DNA of 64,000 nt from Diadema antillarum (GCF_040938485.1 NW_027270897.1:1116001-1180000); one strand, 5' to 3'. Shown: positions 13,006 through 26,065, counted from the stretch's first letter. Program-made: numbers and translations. The notes: generated by a model not told the origin, from the letters alone.

Positions 13006-14117
13006 AAATTGATCGCAAACATTATCAAATATTCAACACGGCACATTCTTCATGTTTGAAATGCAGGAACATGGAGAAATTCCGTGAAAAATCCGAAATT
13101 TAATGAATCTTTCTCACAGGGAGAACGGAAAAGGTCGTGACGTATGCGTAGTTTTGTTTTGAAATGGAGCTTTAGGTTTCAAAGTTCTTTTTTTTAAATC
13201 TTTGTTTATCTCCAGTATAAGATACCGAAAGGGCTAATAGGGCTCACACCTGTAGATATAATGGAATGTCCCTGACAGCACCACAAAATAAATGAAGAAA
13301 ACAAAATTAATGAAAAATCAGAAACGCAGTTTGGCAACAAACTGATTCTTCTTTAGTGCCGTCTTCAGTCCGAAGGTTGGCGACTATGGACCTCCACTCT
13401 GCTCTGTTCATGGCCGCCTTACTTCATGCGGCCACACTCTTTCCTGTCCACTCCTTTATGTTGTTACACCACACACTGCGCTGGCGTCCTCTGCATCTCC
13501 TGCCTTCTATAATCCCTTCCAAACTGCATTTTGTTTTCTTTAAATTTTAGTTTTTATCAAAACTTCCATAATTTAAAGACTAACAGGTAAAAGTCAGATT
13601 TTTCCCGACTTCACAATTTCCTATGAAACCGTGAAGTTATGTTCTATCAGCTATGTGGGAGTTTAGCATAATTTCGGTTCAATTCAATTCAATTCAATTT
13701 TATTTCATACTTCTCGTACATTTATCGACATTAGATCAACAGTATAATAGCACAAGTTCTCGTACCTTGTCAATAATGTACAAAACAAACAAAAACCATA
13801 TACAATGTATATATACATAACATATTCACTAGTTATAATGATGATTGGTCGAAATCTCGGTTTGGGTTGTACATACAGAAATATGACGGGACCTACATGA
13901 AAGCAAACTTGTTTGGTTGTACGTCCCGAGTAATCAGTGTTCGTGAAAGAGAAATGGAGAACGGATGAAAGTTGAGACCGGATGATTTGATTATACGAAG
14001 AAAGGGAAGTGGGCAATGCTGATATGATTTTCAAAAAAAAAAAGAAAGAAAAGACCTATACTAACATTTGAACCGCAATTGTAACCTAACAATCATTCGT
14101 TTTCATAGTGGGACATG

Positions 14118-14139
14118 ATTATTATTATTATTATTATTA

Positions 14140-14176
<37 letters not shown>

Positions 14177-14205
14177 CATTATTATTATTATTATTACTAT
14201 TATTA
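14118..14205. repeat. (ATT)n microsatellite
   Basis: Direct read. Confidence 0.95.
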
Positions 14206-14377
14206 TAGAGCCTATATCTTGGTGTACTGTTGTTAGATAAGAACTATCACATATGCAGCAAAGCACAAAAACTGGCATTACCGAGCTAACGCTAAATTGA
14301 CTCCACCATCATCATCCCATTCAAAAAAGAGTAACGATATGGTATTGTCCCGTACCTCATATGAACAGATTACATTT

Positions 14378-15499
14378 TCACGTAGATGAGTTTTTACGTC
14401 TAGCATATGTCCGGCAAAGCGGAGCAACAGTAATCCCAACAGAGCTTGTCACGATGAATACTGCTCCAGCCACCGTCAGCAGATTTAACTTAGTATGCAA
14501 AATGATGACATCGAGAATAAAGGTCAGCAGAACGTCACTTGTACGTAGGACCGATACCAAAGCAGCATTTTCAGTCTGTAAGGCAAGAGTAAGGCATGCA
14601 ATTTCGAAGTACCCGAGATACCCTGTCGCCATAAGGTAAAAGCGATCCCCAATACAGCTGATGTTTCGCCATTCTCCCAGAATCGTTGTCATGGTGGCAC
14701 CCACGATAGCGATCATCAAACCATTGACAAAGAGAACGAGTTGAGCGTTCACCTTGATTTGTCCCAGTTTCCGTAGCAAGACCACGGAGTTGGCGTACAG
14801 TACTGCGGTCCCGATAGCTGTGATGACACCGGGCACGAACGTGCTCCCCTCTCTCTGACTCGTTGAAGAATCATCAAATATTGCGCTGGGTTGAACGACC
14901 AAGAAAATCCCAATGGCACCGAGGCAGGAGAATGTCGTTTTGGCAATAGTGCAACTTTCATTGAGACAAATTCGAGCAAAAAGAGTCGCAAACAAGGGCA
15001 TGAGGTTCAGAAGACTCTTAGCTGTAGAAATATCCAGTAATTGCATGGCGTAGAAAAAGCATACCATGAATGCAGTTCCGGACATCGAACGCAGAAGTAG
15101 GAATACCCAAACTTCCTTGCTGAGTTTAAACACAGGCACCTTCTTCCAAACCAAAATTGGTCCTGAGCATATCATCAAAAAAACGCCATGGCAGAAATTG
15201 AGTATGTTTGCTGACACGTTGTCAGACAAGAACTTAATGATGAGCGTCAGTGAAGAAAACAACAAAACTGACACTAGAGTGTATATCAGTCCTCTCCGTT
15301 TGAAGAAGACATTTACTGCCATGGCCCCTTTCGGATTTGCATCTAAGAGAGTGGATATTGTTGCACTAGCCTCAGTTTCAGCTGACTTGGTTCTTTGGCG
15401 TTGCACGGGTCCATTGCCGGGGGCGTGTAAGAAAGGGGTCATCGGGTGGTCGGGATCAGTACCGGACTTCAACGATGACTCGAACAGGTAATTTGCCAT
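14378..15499 (-). CDS. Solute carrier family 35 member G1-like (EamA/DMT superfamily) transporter, intronless CDS, 373 aa
   Basis: Uninterrupted hydrophobic ORF with two EamA-like halves (GLIYTLVSVLLFSSLTLIIK..LLLRSMSGT..PLFATLFARICLNE; ..ALQTENAALVSVLRTSDVLLTFILDVIIL). The start at 15499 (MANYLFESS) is chosen because it matches copy 1 and follows a polypyrimidine-CAG acceptor at 15517; in-frame upstream ATGs exist. Assignment is family-level only. Confidence 0.9.
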   Translation of the reverse strand: MANYLFESSLKSGTDPDHPMTPFLHAPGNGPVQRQRTKSAETEASATISTLLDANPKGAMAVNVFFKRRGLIYTLVSVLLFSSLTLIIKFLSDNVSANILNFCHGVFLMICSGPILVWKKVPVFKLSKEVWVFLLLRSMSGTAFMVCFFYAMQLLDISTAKSLLNLMPLFATLFARICLNESCTIAKTTFSCLGAIGIFLVVQPSAIFDDSSTSQREGSTFVPGVITAIGTAVLYANSVVLLRKLGQIKVNAQLVLFVNGLMIAIVGATMTTILGEWRNISCIGDRFYLMATGYLGYFEIACLTLALQTENAALVSVLRTSDVLLTFILDVIILHTKLNLLTVAGAVFIVTSSVGITVAPLCRTYARRKNSST

Positions 15500-17128
15500 T
15501 TCGACTGATCCAGACTCTGCGGTATAAGAGTGAAACACACCGTTTCGCATTACTCTGAGGATATTTAACATGCTGATTTTCAAGTCTTGTTTTGTATGGA
15601 GAACAATCAATGCATTTTATTGCTCATAATATCAGGGACTGACAAGGCCCTCCAATCGTTTTACAGTAGCTTCTATTATGATCTGACATGATCCCGCAAT
15701 ATCATCCGGTAACAAAGGGAACATTCACATAATCCACTGAATTGGATTTCGTCCCCCTTTTCTCTTTCTGTTGATTTTCACCTTCAATAAAGAATTTTTC
15801 TTTCATTTACTGCTGCGAAGTCTCAATCAGATAACCGCCCAATGGTTTGTGATGCAGTTCTTTCTATGGTAATGTTCACGTTAGGTTTTTCAGGATGTGA
15901 CACCAAAGTTGGTTAAAACGTGCTAAAGATGCTCTTGGATCGGAAAAAGAAGTTACGGTTTACAGGGACCTATGAATCCTTGAAAGTCATGGACACAAAG
16001 AGACAATCCAATAAACGAGAACTTGTCAAGATTGGGTTGGTTGGCTTAGAAGATTAGAATCAAGCAAACATGCAAATAATGATGTGGACTATTTTTTGAA
16101 CCAACCCACATATTTTCATGAAACATTGACATTAAACTTTTAACACAGATCAATTCATATTCAAATACGTGGTGGGGTGAGATGGTGATGTCACGGCGTC
16201 ACTTGTCGACTATTGGCTCGCACCATTACTCTCTGAATATAATACCAGGAGAAAGGTAGGCTTTATAAGACGTTAATCGTAGAGGCTCCGTCCGTGGCCC
16301 AAGTTCGAAAGGGCCAGAGACTTACGGTCGATTGGTTGCCACATTTTGGTGTTGCCTTGCCATTCTCCTGCTTGACTTGATCTATTCCTGCTGTGAGGAA
16401 TACAAACCTTGGCAATAAGGCTTCACAAAAGGCTTTTAAGAGCAAATGATAGTATTGCTGATAGTTCCGAATTCACATTTGCCCCGATTTGTCAACGATT
16501 TTCAGTGTGCTTCCCGAGGCATTTAATGCGCATGGTTGCTACCTGCTATACGGCGTACATGTTTACATTGTGTACAAGCATGATGTGTGGCCCAATATGC
16601 CTTAATTACCTTATCAACATCCAATGCTGCTAGACTGAAGATGCCCAAGACGTGTACAGCCTCAACGTGCAGTCACAGAAGAATTTTATGTAGCACAAGG
16701 CATTCTGAAAATGTGAACACGAGAACATGAGATGCCTTACTTTTCTGCATGGTGAACAGAGGTTTGTACAAGATCAACATCGTATATTATTTCTGAGGTT
16801 ATAAGGTCTTAAATCTTTGTCTGTCAAGTTGAGATGCCCGACGGGTTGTCAACTGCCTCCTATATTTTGCCCAAGACCGCGCAACAAACCTATCGATAAA
16901 TCGCAATATGCCAAAGGATATTCAACGCGTCAAGGTCATCGGCTTGTCACAAAATTTATGTCATAGACACAGTCTGTTTTAGGGGAAGGAGCTAGCATGA
17001 TGTGGTCTGAGTATCCCAAGCATTCGGGGGAAACATGATGGTTGTGACCTGGGACAGTTACAACCTCTGAGGGAAACCTTAGTATGTACTCCGGAAAATA
17101 TGGCAAAATGAAAAGTGTTGACTTTATT

Positions 17129-17310
17129 GGAGGCGCTGTGGCATTGTGGATATAAAGACTCTCGACTCCCAGTCGGAGGACCTGAGTTCGCTTCCCGCCC
17201 ATCCGAGTGCTTACATCCTTGGACGAGATGTTTATTCCCACCATGTCCCTCTCGACCCAGGTGTATAAATGGGTACCTGGCAATGCTAGGGTGATACTGT
17301 AATGGCAATA
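17129..17310 (+). mobile_element. tRNA-derived SINE with a CORE/V-like central domain
   Basis: A-box-like TGGCATTGTGG, B-box-like GAGTTCGCTTCC, then CCCTCTCGACCCAGGTGTATAAATGGGTACC, typical of metazoan SINE central domains. Confidence 0.75.
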
Positions 17311-17419
17311 CTGAAGAGAATACGCTGGATGAATAAGACCTTAGCATTAGTTTTATAGATAAAAAGAACCGCTAAAGCGATCATGGGACACAAACCTGCC
17401 GGTGAAATAATATAACACG

Positions 17420-17700
17420 GTCACACTTATTCAGATTTATATGCATGAGCTGATTCTGCCGCAGAAGAGATAGATAGTGTATGGCAAACTATAGAGGAAG
17501 TAGTGAACAAGGCCGGCTGTAACAGGGGCCGCGGAGCAGGAAGTGATGTTTCCGGATCACATAATTCGCCTAATCAGACTTCTTTATGGAGACCAAGCAG
17601 GATTTGTGAGAACAACTTCAAAAGGAGATTCAGTTTGGTTCCAGATTGGTCGTGGAGTCCGAACGGGATGTTGTGTGTGATGTCACCAGATACGCTATGA
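17420..17700 (+). mobile_element. RTE-clade LINE fragments
   Basis: IIRLIRLLYGDQAGFVRTTSKGDSVWFQIGRGVRTG matches the RTE reverse-transcriptase region; endonuclease-like IQIY..EEIDSVWQTIEEVV lies just upstream; ITLLNTA fragment near 18310. Confidence 0.75.
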
Positions 17701-18354
17701 AAAGGGACGGTCAGGAGAAAGCTCCGACACTTAAAGGACTCGCCACGAAGAGAAATTTTGTGGAAAATACTCTTATTCAATGGAAATGGAAAGGCGAAAG
17801 GGCGAGAGAGACCAATCACAACTTTAGCTAAAAACTACACAAAATTCAATTCGATTCCAGACAGTGCTCTTTAGAATTGCATCCCATTGGGGAACAGATA
17901 GGGAAGGTTGGTGTGGGCTCGTCCGTATACCTGCAGAGCTTACTTGCCCCAACTGCATTGATGATGGTAAGTAATTACTGTTATCAGTGATTATCGTGTC
18001 ATTTCTTGTACAGTCCTCGAGGCAGGCCGTAATCAGCGAATTCTAGTGCAGTTGCCACTCAGTTTCCGCATATTTTTTATGGACAGTTTCTAGATGCTAT
18101 GAGATTTGCGTACGGTTGTTACGCTTCAATTTGCACAAATTTCATAAACGGGGAGAGGAACACATAACAGGACAAACTCAGGTTCCATATCTTTACCAAT
18201 CCTAGGCATAACAAGAATAAGGCATAGGTTGGGTCAAAATCATGACGTAAAAAAAGATGTTTCTTTAAAAAAAAAACTCCAAAGTGATAGTTGCGACCGC
18301 ATCAAGGCAATTACCCTGCTAAATACTGCTTAGTGATATGATTACAGTGAAGAT

Positions 18355-18430
18355 GAGGATTAGGGTTAGGTTTAGGGTTAGAGTTTGGATTAGGATTTAG
18401 GATTAGGTTCAAGATTGGGATTAGGGTAAT
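18355..18430 (+). repeat. Degenerate (TTAGGG)n-like tract
   Basis: TTAGGGTTAGGTTTAGGGTTAGAG..TTAGGATTTAGGATTAGG..TTAGGG. Confidence 0.7.
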
Positions 18431-18462
18431 GGTCACTACTATAATGTAAGTTTGATTTCACT

Positions 18463-19140
18463 TTATTTATTACAATCAAGTTCAAAATAATGATGGAATT
18501 GTATCATATCCATGTTTTGGCCATTTTGGCATTCCCCGAGATGCGATAACTTTCTAAACATTGTCAAGGAAAAGACTCCAACATATACCCCCCCCCCCTC
18601 CCCCCGAACTTCATTGAAAGCATGGACTGCCTGAACATGAACGCAGGAAAAAGGGAGAAGGGTACTTCTGGGATTAAATTGGGGTATTAACGTCAGAATC
18701 ACGAAAGCCTTCTGTTTCCAGGCTTCTAATTTATTCAATCGTTCACTTCCTTCATAAAACATCGGAAGCCTGAAGAAGCGAGGCGATTTAATAGTCACAT
18801 GGATAATGGCCAGGAAAGTCATCAAAGACATTATACGGAGGATATATGAGGTACTTTCTAATTCCTGGCGAGAATATGTCGGGAAATGGCAAAAACACTT
18901 GTGATTTCTTGCAGACATTAAGCGTTTCGAACACCCCAATGTACCGTCGCATTGTGCTCTAACTAAGCGCTTCATCGTCATTTGATGTGATATGTTGTGA
19001 TTTATTTGCGAAATGCATACATTGGTTACACACAAATCTCTTGTGAACATAGTGTGTACATGCAGTAATTGGTATTGCGTCATACATATTTTGTTTAGAT
19101 CGTCATAAGCTATTAAAAGTTTGTCTGGGACGTCCAACAA
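18463..19140 (-). mobile_element. Possible decayed LINE RT C-terminal fragment
   Basis: IKSPRFF..SERLNKLEAWKQKAFVIL resembles the 'LERVQKRALRII' region of CR1/L2 ORF2; the match is weak. Confidence 0.3.
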
Positions 19141-19526
19141 AGATATATATATATATCACACATACAGAAATATTATGCAAAGAAAGTGTACTACCCACGT
19201 TCAATGGGTTTCATAGTTAGGCTTATGATATCTGGAGACAGCAAGGAAGAGAGAACACATAGAAGTGGGGTACTCTACATTATGATAATAGATTTTCCCG
19301 GCCAATTTCGCACTTTTGTCGGTCCGATTCCTTATTGCTGCATTCAATTTAGCAAAATTTAGCGCAGATGACACGTTAGGTATTTCATATTAATTTTGGA
19401 TCATTCAAATTAACCTCATTTAATTGACCTCATCCTAACTAACACTTTTTTCAATTGAAATTCGTAAAATAAGCATCATTTTAATTTTCGGTTATTCAAT
19501 TTAGAATGATATAATCACGTGATCAG

Positions 19527-22500
19527 ATATCGTCGTTGACACCACGAAGTGGCACTTTGGCCAAAATCGCGTAGAAAATCAATTTTCTGTTTTCTTCATT
19601 TTTGTTATGTATTAGTTATTCTCTATCATTTCACAGAATCTCAGGTCAGAATTATGCTTATTTATGCAAAAACTGGTATTTCTACAAGTGGCACAAGGCA
19701 CAAAAACGCAGATCAGTAATTTCACAAAGGTGGCACTATCGAATGTGCCGCTTCGTGGAATTAATTGCTCTGTGTGTTGGTTAGTTCACGAAGCGGCACA
19801 TTACATAGACGCCCTGTGTTAAGACGTGCTACACGCATCGTACCTGGACCACTTCCAGCCAAGCTACGATAATAATACGTCAATATCCAATGAAATACCA
19901 AGTACCATGTCATAAGAAGGTAAGAACTCTGGGTAGATTTTAGTCATCTATGATAATGGTGTTTATTTTGTCATACTTGAAATATTTGACTTGACATTGA
20001 AACGCTATCAGAAACGTAAGGTTAGAGACGTTCAAGACAAGTGTCTGATGTTCCTACTGTACAACGCAACTTTCAAGTTAACCTGGGCCCACGTACTGTG
20101 ATCCCTGTATGCTATGAGTTATCAACACCCCCCCCCCCCGAAAACATATACATCATCAATTACATGTATTAAATTCACGCTTTGCCAGCATTACCATTTT
20201 TTTTCCCCTGGACAAACGTCTGCCCATTTAGACTTTCCCCTTTTTATTTGCTTGTCAGTTGCGTAGAAGTAAATGTGTATGATGTTCGTGCCTATAGAAA
20301 CGTCTATAGTTTGTAGGCCGAGATGAAGTATTAATACCTGTACGGGCTGTACGCTGTTACTAAGAAGGGCTCAGAGGGGTCCGTTTTATGGAGTCATTAC
20401 ATATTTGAATCTCTCATAGATGTGTCTTATGAGCTAAAAGTCTCTCCTTAATAGGCTTTCATGAAACGGATCACAATCCTGTAATTTACATAGACATGAA
20501 ACTAATATGCCAGGGAGCAAAACATAATGTGATTATCTAGGCCTACACCCTCATTTGACCTAGTATCAAGATGTAGATAGACCCTAAAGCACGATGAAAG
20601 AAAACTCTAGACACCCATTTAAAATGAAGCAAAAAAAAAAAATCACAGGGCTGCTTCCCGGAAAAAGATGGATTCCTAGTGTTCAGAGAATTATGCATTC
20701 AGGTTTTCAGGGAAACATCTTCACAGTCTTGTGCTACTCCATCGTTGAATACATTGTGTGCAATTCTGGCAATGCATTTACCAATTTGAAACGTAACAGA
20801 GCAATTCAAAGTAATTTTGAAATTGTGTTTATTTTTTTTTTTTTTTGATAGAAAAGGCCCTGGATGTGTTAAGATTTCCAAGGTCACCAAGTCACATTAT
20901 TCATGTAATAATTTACATGTCTGTGTTTCTGCAATTTAATTAATCCAGATACCAACAGTGCAGGGCACTTCATCTCCAGAATCACACCTCTACAGAAAGC
21001 AGTTCGGATTCAGAGGACAATGTTTCACCGCCAGTACTGTGTAACAAAAGTGTACTTCAGCAACAAGTGGAGAAATTATATATGCCAATCGTTGCAATGT
21101 TTTTCTTTTTTTTTTCTCAAGACTCTCAAGCATAAACACCCCTCCCTAACATCTTTACCACCAGTGTTTGACAGTGATGTCAGGCCTTACTTAAACTCAT
21201 GTGTCCATGTAATTATTTCAAATGGTCTTTAGGTTTTAGTTATCCTCTTGTCGTAAGATTGATGATGAGTGACATGTTTAGCAAACACAAGCACATGCCT
21301 GGAGCAATGTGGTTTTCTTATTTAATTAAAAATATTCGAAGAACTATGAATCAAACAAAATTTGGTACTATGTTTCACCACTGTAAATGTGACCGTGCAT
21401 CACAAAGCGAACTAAAAGTCGCACCCCTTGATTTTACGCGAGGACTAAAAAAAAAGTAAAATGGGTCAACCGAGTCAGTCTTGAGTTTTTCATATTTTCT
21501 GAAAGAGCAATCCTTGTACATTATTCTTCAGTTTTGGATCATAACATGAATGGGAGAGTGTGTTTTCAGCAGTTTTTCTACAACCATTTTTTTTTTTGGG
21601 GGGGGGGGTGACAGAATGATCAGGTATGTCTTAAGGTCCTCTTTTCATGTCCTGAAATCCTTTACTCACTATTCACTTTCAAGTTTAATAACTTTTGAAA
21701 GGATAATTGTACTGCTTTGAAAATCGACGTTAATTGAGGGCAGAATGTGTTAATAGAACATGCGCAATTTCAGTTCAATCTGATAATTCCTTCATTGTTG
21801 TCCCGGTGGTTTACATCCTGCGTTTGTCCCTTTCATTGCATAGCTAGCACGACTTGGTAAAGATTAATTGCTTGAATAGACCCTGTTCTTCAAAGCCTCT
21901 TTTCTCAGTTCAATCTTTTTTCAGAGTGTGTGCTTTCTTTCTAGTATTTAGATAGGTTAGGGGAGACCGTTTGAATTTAGTTATACATCATTTTAAAGCT
22001 CAGAGTCTGCTCTAAAAGAATCTGCCCTCAACTGAAAATCAATGTCTGGCGACTTTTTGTCGGTTTTGTGATGCAGGGTCACAATGTAATATAGAATGCG
22101 CAACACATTACTGTTAACTCCATATTTTAAATCAGTTAGCTTAATGATAGTATCCATAATATTTATCATAGATGATATACATTGTATATTATCTCTTGTG
22201 TATTTCAGTCAGTTAAAAAATCATTCCTTGAATCATTTCATCTTTTTGCCTTTATTTCCACATTGAAAAATAATTCATTCGTTAGAAAAAAGAAATGAAA
22301 ATTCGTAAAGTTCGAATTTACATATGCCATTCGACATACCGCTCCGTACCATTCTTATTGATTTCGTGCTTATCGATTCATATTTTGACAAACATTCTGA
22401 AACAGGTATAATGAATAATTACATATCCAAGTGCACGAAGAGGGTCCAACTGATATACTGGGGGGAAAAATAGAATATTTGCTAGGTAATAAGGGGCATG

Positions 22501-24329
22501 GTCAGTTTCTTGGAATTGGTCTGGTTTTGAGGTTGTCGTTTATATTTGACATTCAAAAAAAAAAGGGTTGATTTATTCATTTAATTATTTCACCTCCTGA
22601 GCCGTTATACACCGCTCAAAGTCAGTGATCCAATTAAACGTAGAATTAGTGATCGTTGGTGCGTTTTAAAGTGCTGATATGCAGGGTAATGGACGTTGGT
22701 GTTAATTAAGGGGACGCAGGTATGTGTTCCACAGAATCATTAATTTTCTTCCGCTTATCTGAATCTTAATCTGGCAGAGAAAAAAAAGAAAGAAACTACA
22801 CTGTATTGTTATTTTAACCCGTTCCGCAGCTAGCCTTTCCTACAACGTGTGTATAGAAATATAATTATCTATTCTGTCAAATACCTTCAGAATATGATTA
22901 TGTTATAACAATAAGCGGACAAGGTAGTTTTCAAATGAACTGTCAATTTTGTAATACTAAATTTCGATTACATGTTTGAAATGTAAGCGCTTATTCAAGT
23001 CTGAAGTGGTATAAAAGATCATTTTCATTGCTTTATCAACTGACCATTTTTCTTTGTCAGTGAAGAACGAAATAAAATATGAAGTGTTTCAGCACTTAAC
23101 AAAAAAATTGTGGGGATCGATTTTATCATTTCTTTCGTACATTCTTTATTCAACCTTTATCATGTGGATTTGGTTTTGTTTTGCTAGTTTTTTTTTTCTT
23201 GTACAGAAGAATGAAAGTAGTTAGTATTCTATTAGAATAATAAGTATGATAAAAAGAGACTGAATACGGGCAGTTGATGGGGTATGAGGAGGGCATGAGA
23301 TTACTTCCAGGAGAGAGAGAGAGAGAAATGTGAGAGAGAGAAAGTAGACTTAACTGTAAAATAAAGTCTGCATGTGAAGTTATGAGACGTTAATCATAAC
23401 TGTGAGCATTGTGAAACACAGAATTAAGCAAGAAAAAAGATCAGTATACATTACAGTAAATGTACAGAAGTGAATAATTCTGATTAGGAATCAACCCTTT
23501 GTCATTATATAAACACAGAAAGCCCTGAACATAACAGCAACACTGCTTGTTTTTTATTACATGGAATTGTTCTTGTGATATATAGCCAAGAAGACATTTG
23601 GGGTTTATAATGAAATGGCGAAACTGTCTACATTTTTACTGTAAAGGCTGCACGAATGATTGCGAGTAATTTCGGAAATTGCAACACGCGCGAATACCTC
23701 ATTGTTGTGAACAAGGCGCACGTACGGTACGTCATGCGCGCGTGCAATGTGCCACTTCGTGGAATTAATGAAACCTAGATTTGGGCGTGTGATTTCGTTC
23801 ACGAAGCGGCACATTTCATTATGTTTGCAACTTTATGGTGCTAATATATTTTCTCCTCGATTTGAAAAAATCATAGTAGCCGGTGAGAAAAATACCCTTC
23901 TTGCTTTTCTGGTCACTAAACCATACATATATCCCCTAAAACCGATCGTAAGAGCAATTTCAAGATCGCATCTCAGAAAACCTCGTATTGTACTCGAGAA
24001 TACACAGGACACAATGGGGCGCGTCCCAATGTGCCACTTCGTGGAAACAATCGAACCGCGGTTTACGCGTATGATTTATTCCACGAACCGGCACAATTGT
24101 TTCCTGCCTCGCCGTCGCAATATTTCACCTTCATTATTCAAAATTGGTATGTGACTGTAAAGAAGAAGTTCTCCTCTTTCCGTTCATGTACAATTTATCA
24201 TGTTTAGTTACAGAAATCCACTCGATTTGACGATTTCAAAAATTGTAAAACTTTAATTGCGTTTTTCTCGAAACGCGGTATTCGTGAACCCCGCGCCAAA
24301 GTGCCACTTCGTGGTGTCAACGACGATAT
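19527..24329. mobile_element. 4.8-kb non-autonomous DNA transposon with perfect 35-bp terminal inverted repeats
   Basis: ATATCGTCGTTGACACCACGAAGTGGCACTTTGGC at 19527-19561 is exactly inverted at 24295-24329. Subterminal GTGCC(A/G)CTTCGTG hairpins lie near 19745, 23750 and 24030. The outer TA may be the target duplication. Confidence 0.75.
21388..22083. mobile_element. MITE nested in the 4.8-kb element
   Basis: Imperfect 35-bp TIR TGTGACCGTGCATCACAAAGCGAACTAAAAGTCGC versus reverse complement TGTGACCCTGCATCACAAAACCGACAAAAAGTCGC. Confidence 0.75.
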
Positions 24330-25770
24330 ATGCTGCTCTCGTTCATTCGAATTCATTTTTAACATCTTTTGCAGTCAATTCGGCACACGTTCATCATAAT
24401 ATTATGCTGAGGGTCTTTCTTCATTTTTTTTGTCAACATACACGTAGTTATTGCATCAGTGCATTTCATATTTCCGTATTCATTTCAGAGATTTTGGCAA
24501 CAGTTTTTTTTTTTTCAGTGTGCTTATTGAGTCTCCCAGCACGAAGAAAGTACATGCGGCCATAACTTATTCCGAGTGTGTCGGCCAATTCAAGGTTATG
24601 ATCGTCAAATGTTCCTATAATTCTTTCTCTGTCTTCTTGAGATATACGTCTGGATCTAACTTGTGCTGTCTTAACTGTAAGAAGATGAAGTTAATCTGTA
24701 GTATTGGTACATGTAGACCTATATAATGAAAAAAGGGGGCGTTACAAAACAACAAACTCGAGGTATATGGGGGTCAAGAATATGACACTTTTACTGCTTA
24801 ACAGTGGGTGGATAAAACCAAAAGTCACATAGAAATACATGTTTAAATGTTCTCACCTTTTCAGAACAGAAATAACATGAAGTAAATTTGAATGAAAATG
24901 TTTGGAATTTCACTGTTTATTCGCGAAATTACTCAAATACCCTTTTCGGCGAGTAATGGCGAATTTGAATGAACGTAGAGTTCCAGCCAATTTGAATGCC
25001 CTTTTTACGAATTCGAAAGCCACATGTGCAAATTTCATTGATCGAAATGCTAAATTAAACGCACAAGTTGCAATTTTGAAAGCTAAACTGTACGATAACG
25101 AGGGGTTTTGAAGGAGCCTTCTGCCAAATGAACTGACAAAACTGCTAAATTGACCGGGGAAACTTATAGTTAAAAGTAGGCAAAATTGATGATTCTGACT
25201 GACAGTCAGACTCATTACTATATAGCCGTATATGTCCTATACGTGATATGCGCATAACAAAATATATAAGCATGTCAACCTGGCGAATGTACGCAAAAAC
25301 CATGCAACTCGTAAAGAAAGGCATTTTTCTACTCGTCGTTCAGAAGTATTGTTTTGCCTGGCACAGTCGTAGCACTATCTAACAGGTATCTGATAGAGCT
25401 AGGGTTGTCAACGAAGGTGTGGGTTTGATATACAACCAAAATGCATCATTTTGCTCTTTTGTTTCCTTTTCACGCTAGCCACAGAAGCGTGAAACAAAAG
25501 TGCATTACATAATGGTCTAAAACCCAATCCAAAACGCAGTTCATATGAAAAGTAGTGACTGAGAGAGCCCGTGACAGCATACCTAGTGTACGTGATATCG
25601 GATGATACGTGGTCATAATAGGAATCCTGTTCCTCTGAAAGCCATGTGAATGAGAAAGACTACGACAGCAATCACAATTGTGATACAGATGATTAGAAGA
25701 ACCCTAAGGTGGTAATTTATAGTCGTTTATACAAATAGGACTTTTACTCAGATTGTGTTTCTGTTGTACT

Positions 25771-26065
25771 TACTCTCTAAATAAAAATCGAGTGAAAATA
25801 TTCACTCTTAGAGGAGTGAATGCAAAAAAGAGTGAATTTAGAGTGAAATTGGAGTGAATTTTGAGTGAGAATGTTCATTTTCACTCAATTTAGAGTGACC
25901 TCAAGGATCACTCGAAGATTTTGGAGTGATTCCTTAGGTCACTCTAAAACAAGGGAAAATGAACATTTTCACTCAAAATTCACTCCAATTTCACTCTAAA
26001 TTCACTCTTTTTTGAATTCACTCCTTTAAGAGTGAATATTTTCACTCGAATTTTTTTATAGAGTA
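25771..26065. mobile_element. Foldback MITE built from GAGTGAA/TTCACTC repeats
   Basis: Near-complete palindrome TACTCT..TCGAGTGAAAATATTCACTCTT ... AAGAGTGAATATTTTCACTCGA..AGAGTA. Confidence 0.85.

Noticed and set aside
15500-15610. N-terminal extension of SLC35G copy 2
   Set aside because: Not conserved in copy 1, and it crosses an acceptor shared by both copies; probably intronic.
18463-19140. 225-aa ORF as a novel gene
   Set aside because: No splice or start context, it runs through a homopolymer, and its only recognisable part resembles LINE ORF2.
24880-25215. Degenerate GCGAATT/TTTGAA periodic stretch with ORFs on both strands
   Set aside because: Low-complexity internal repeats typical of a MITE interior; no termini or protein motif found.
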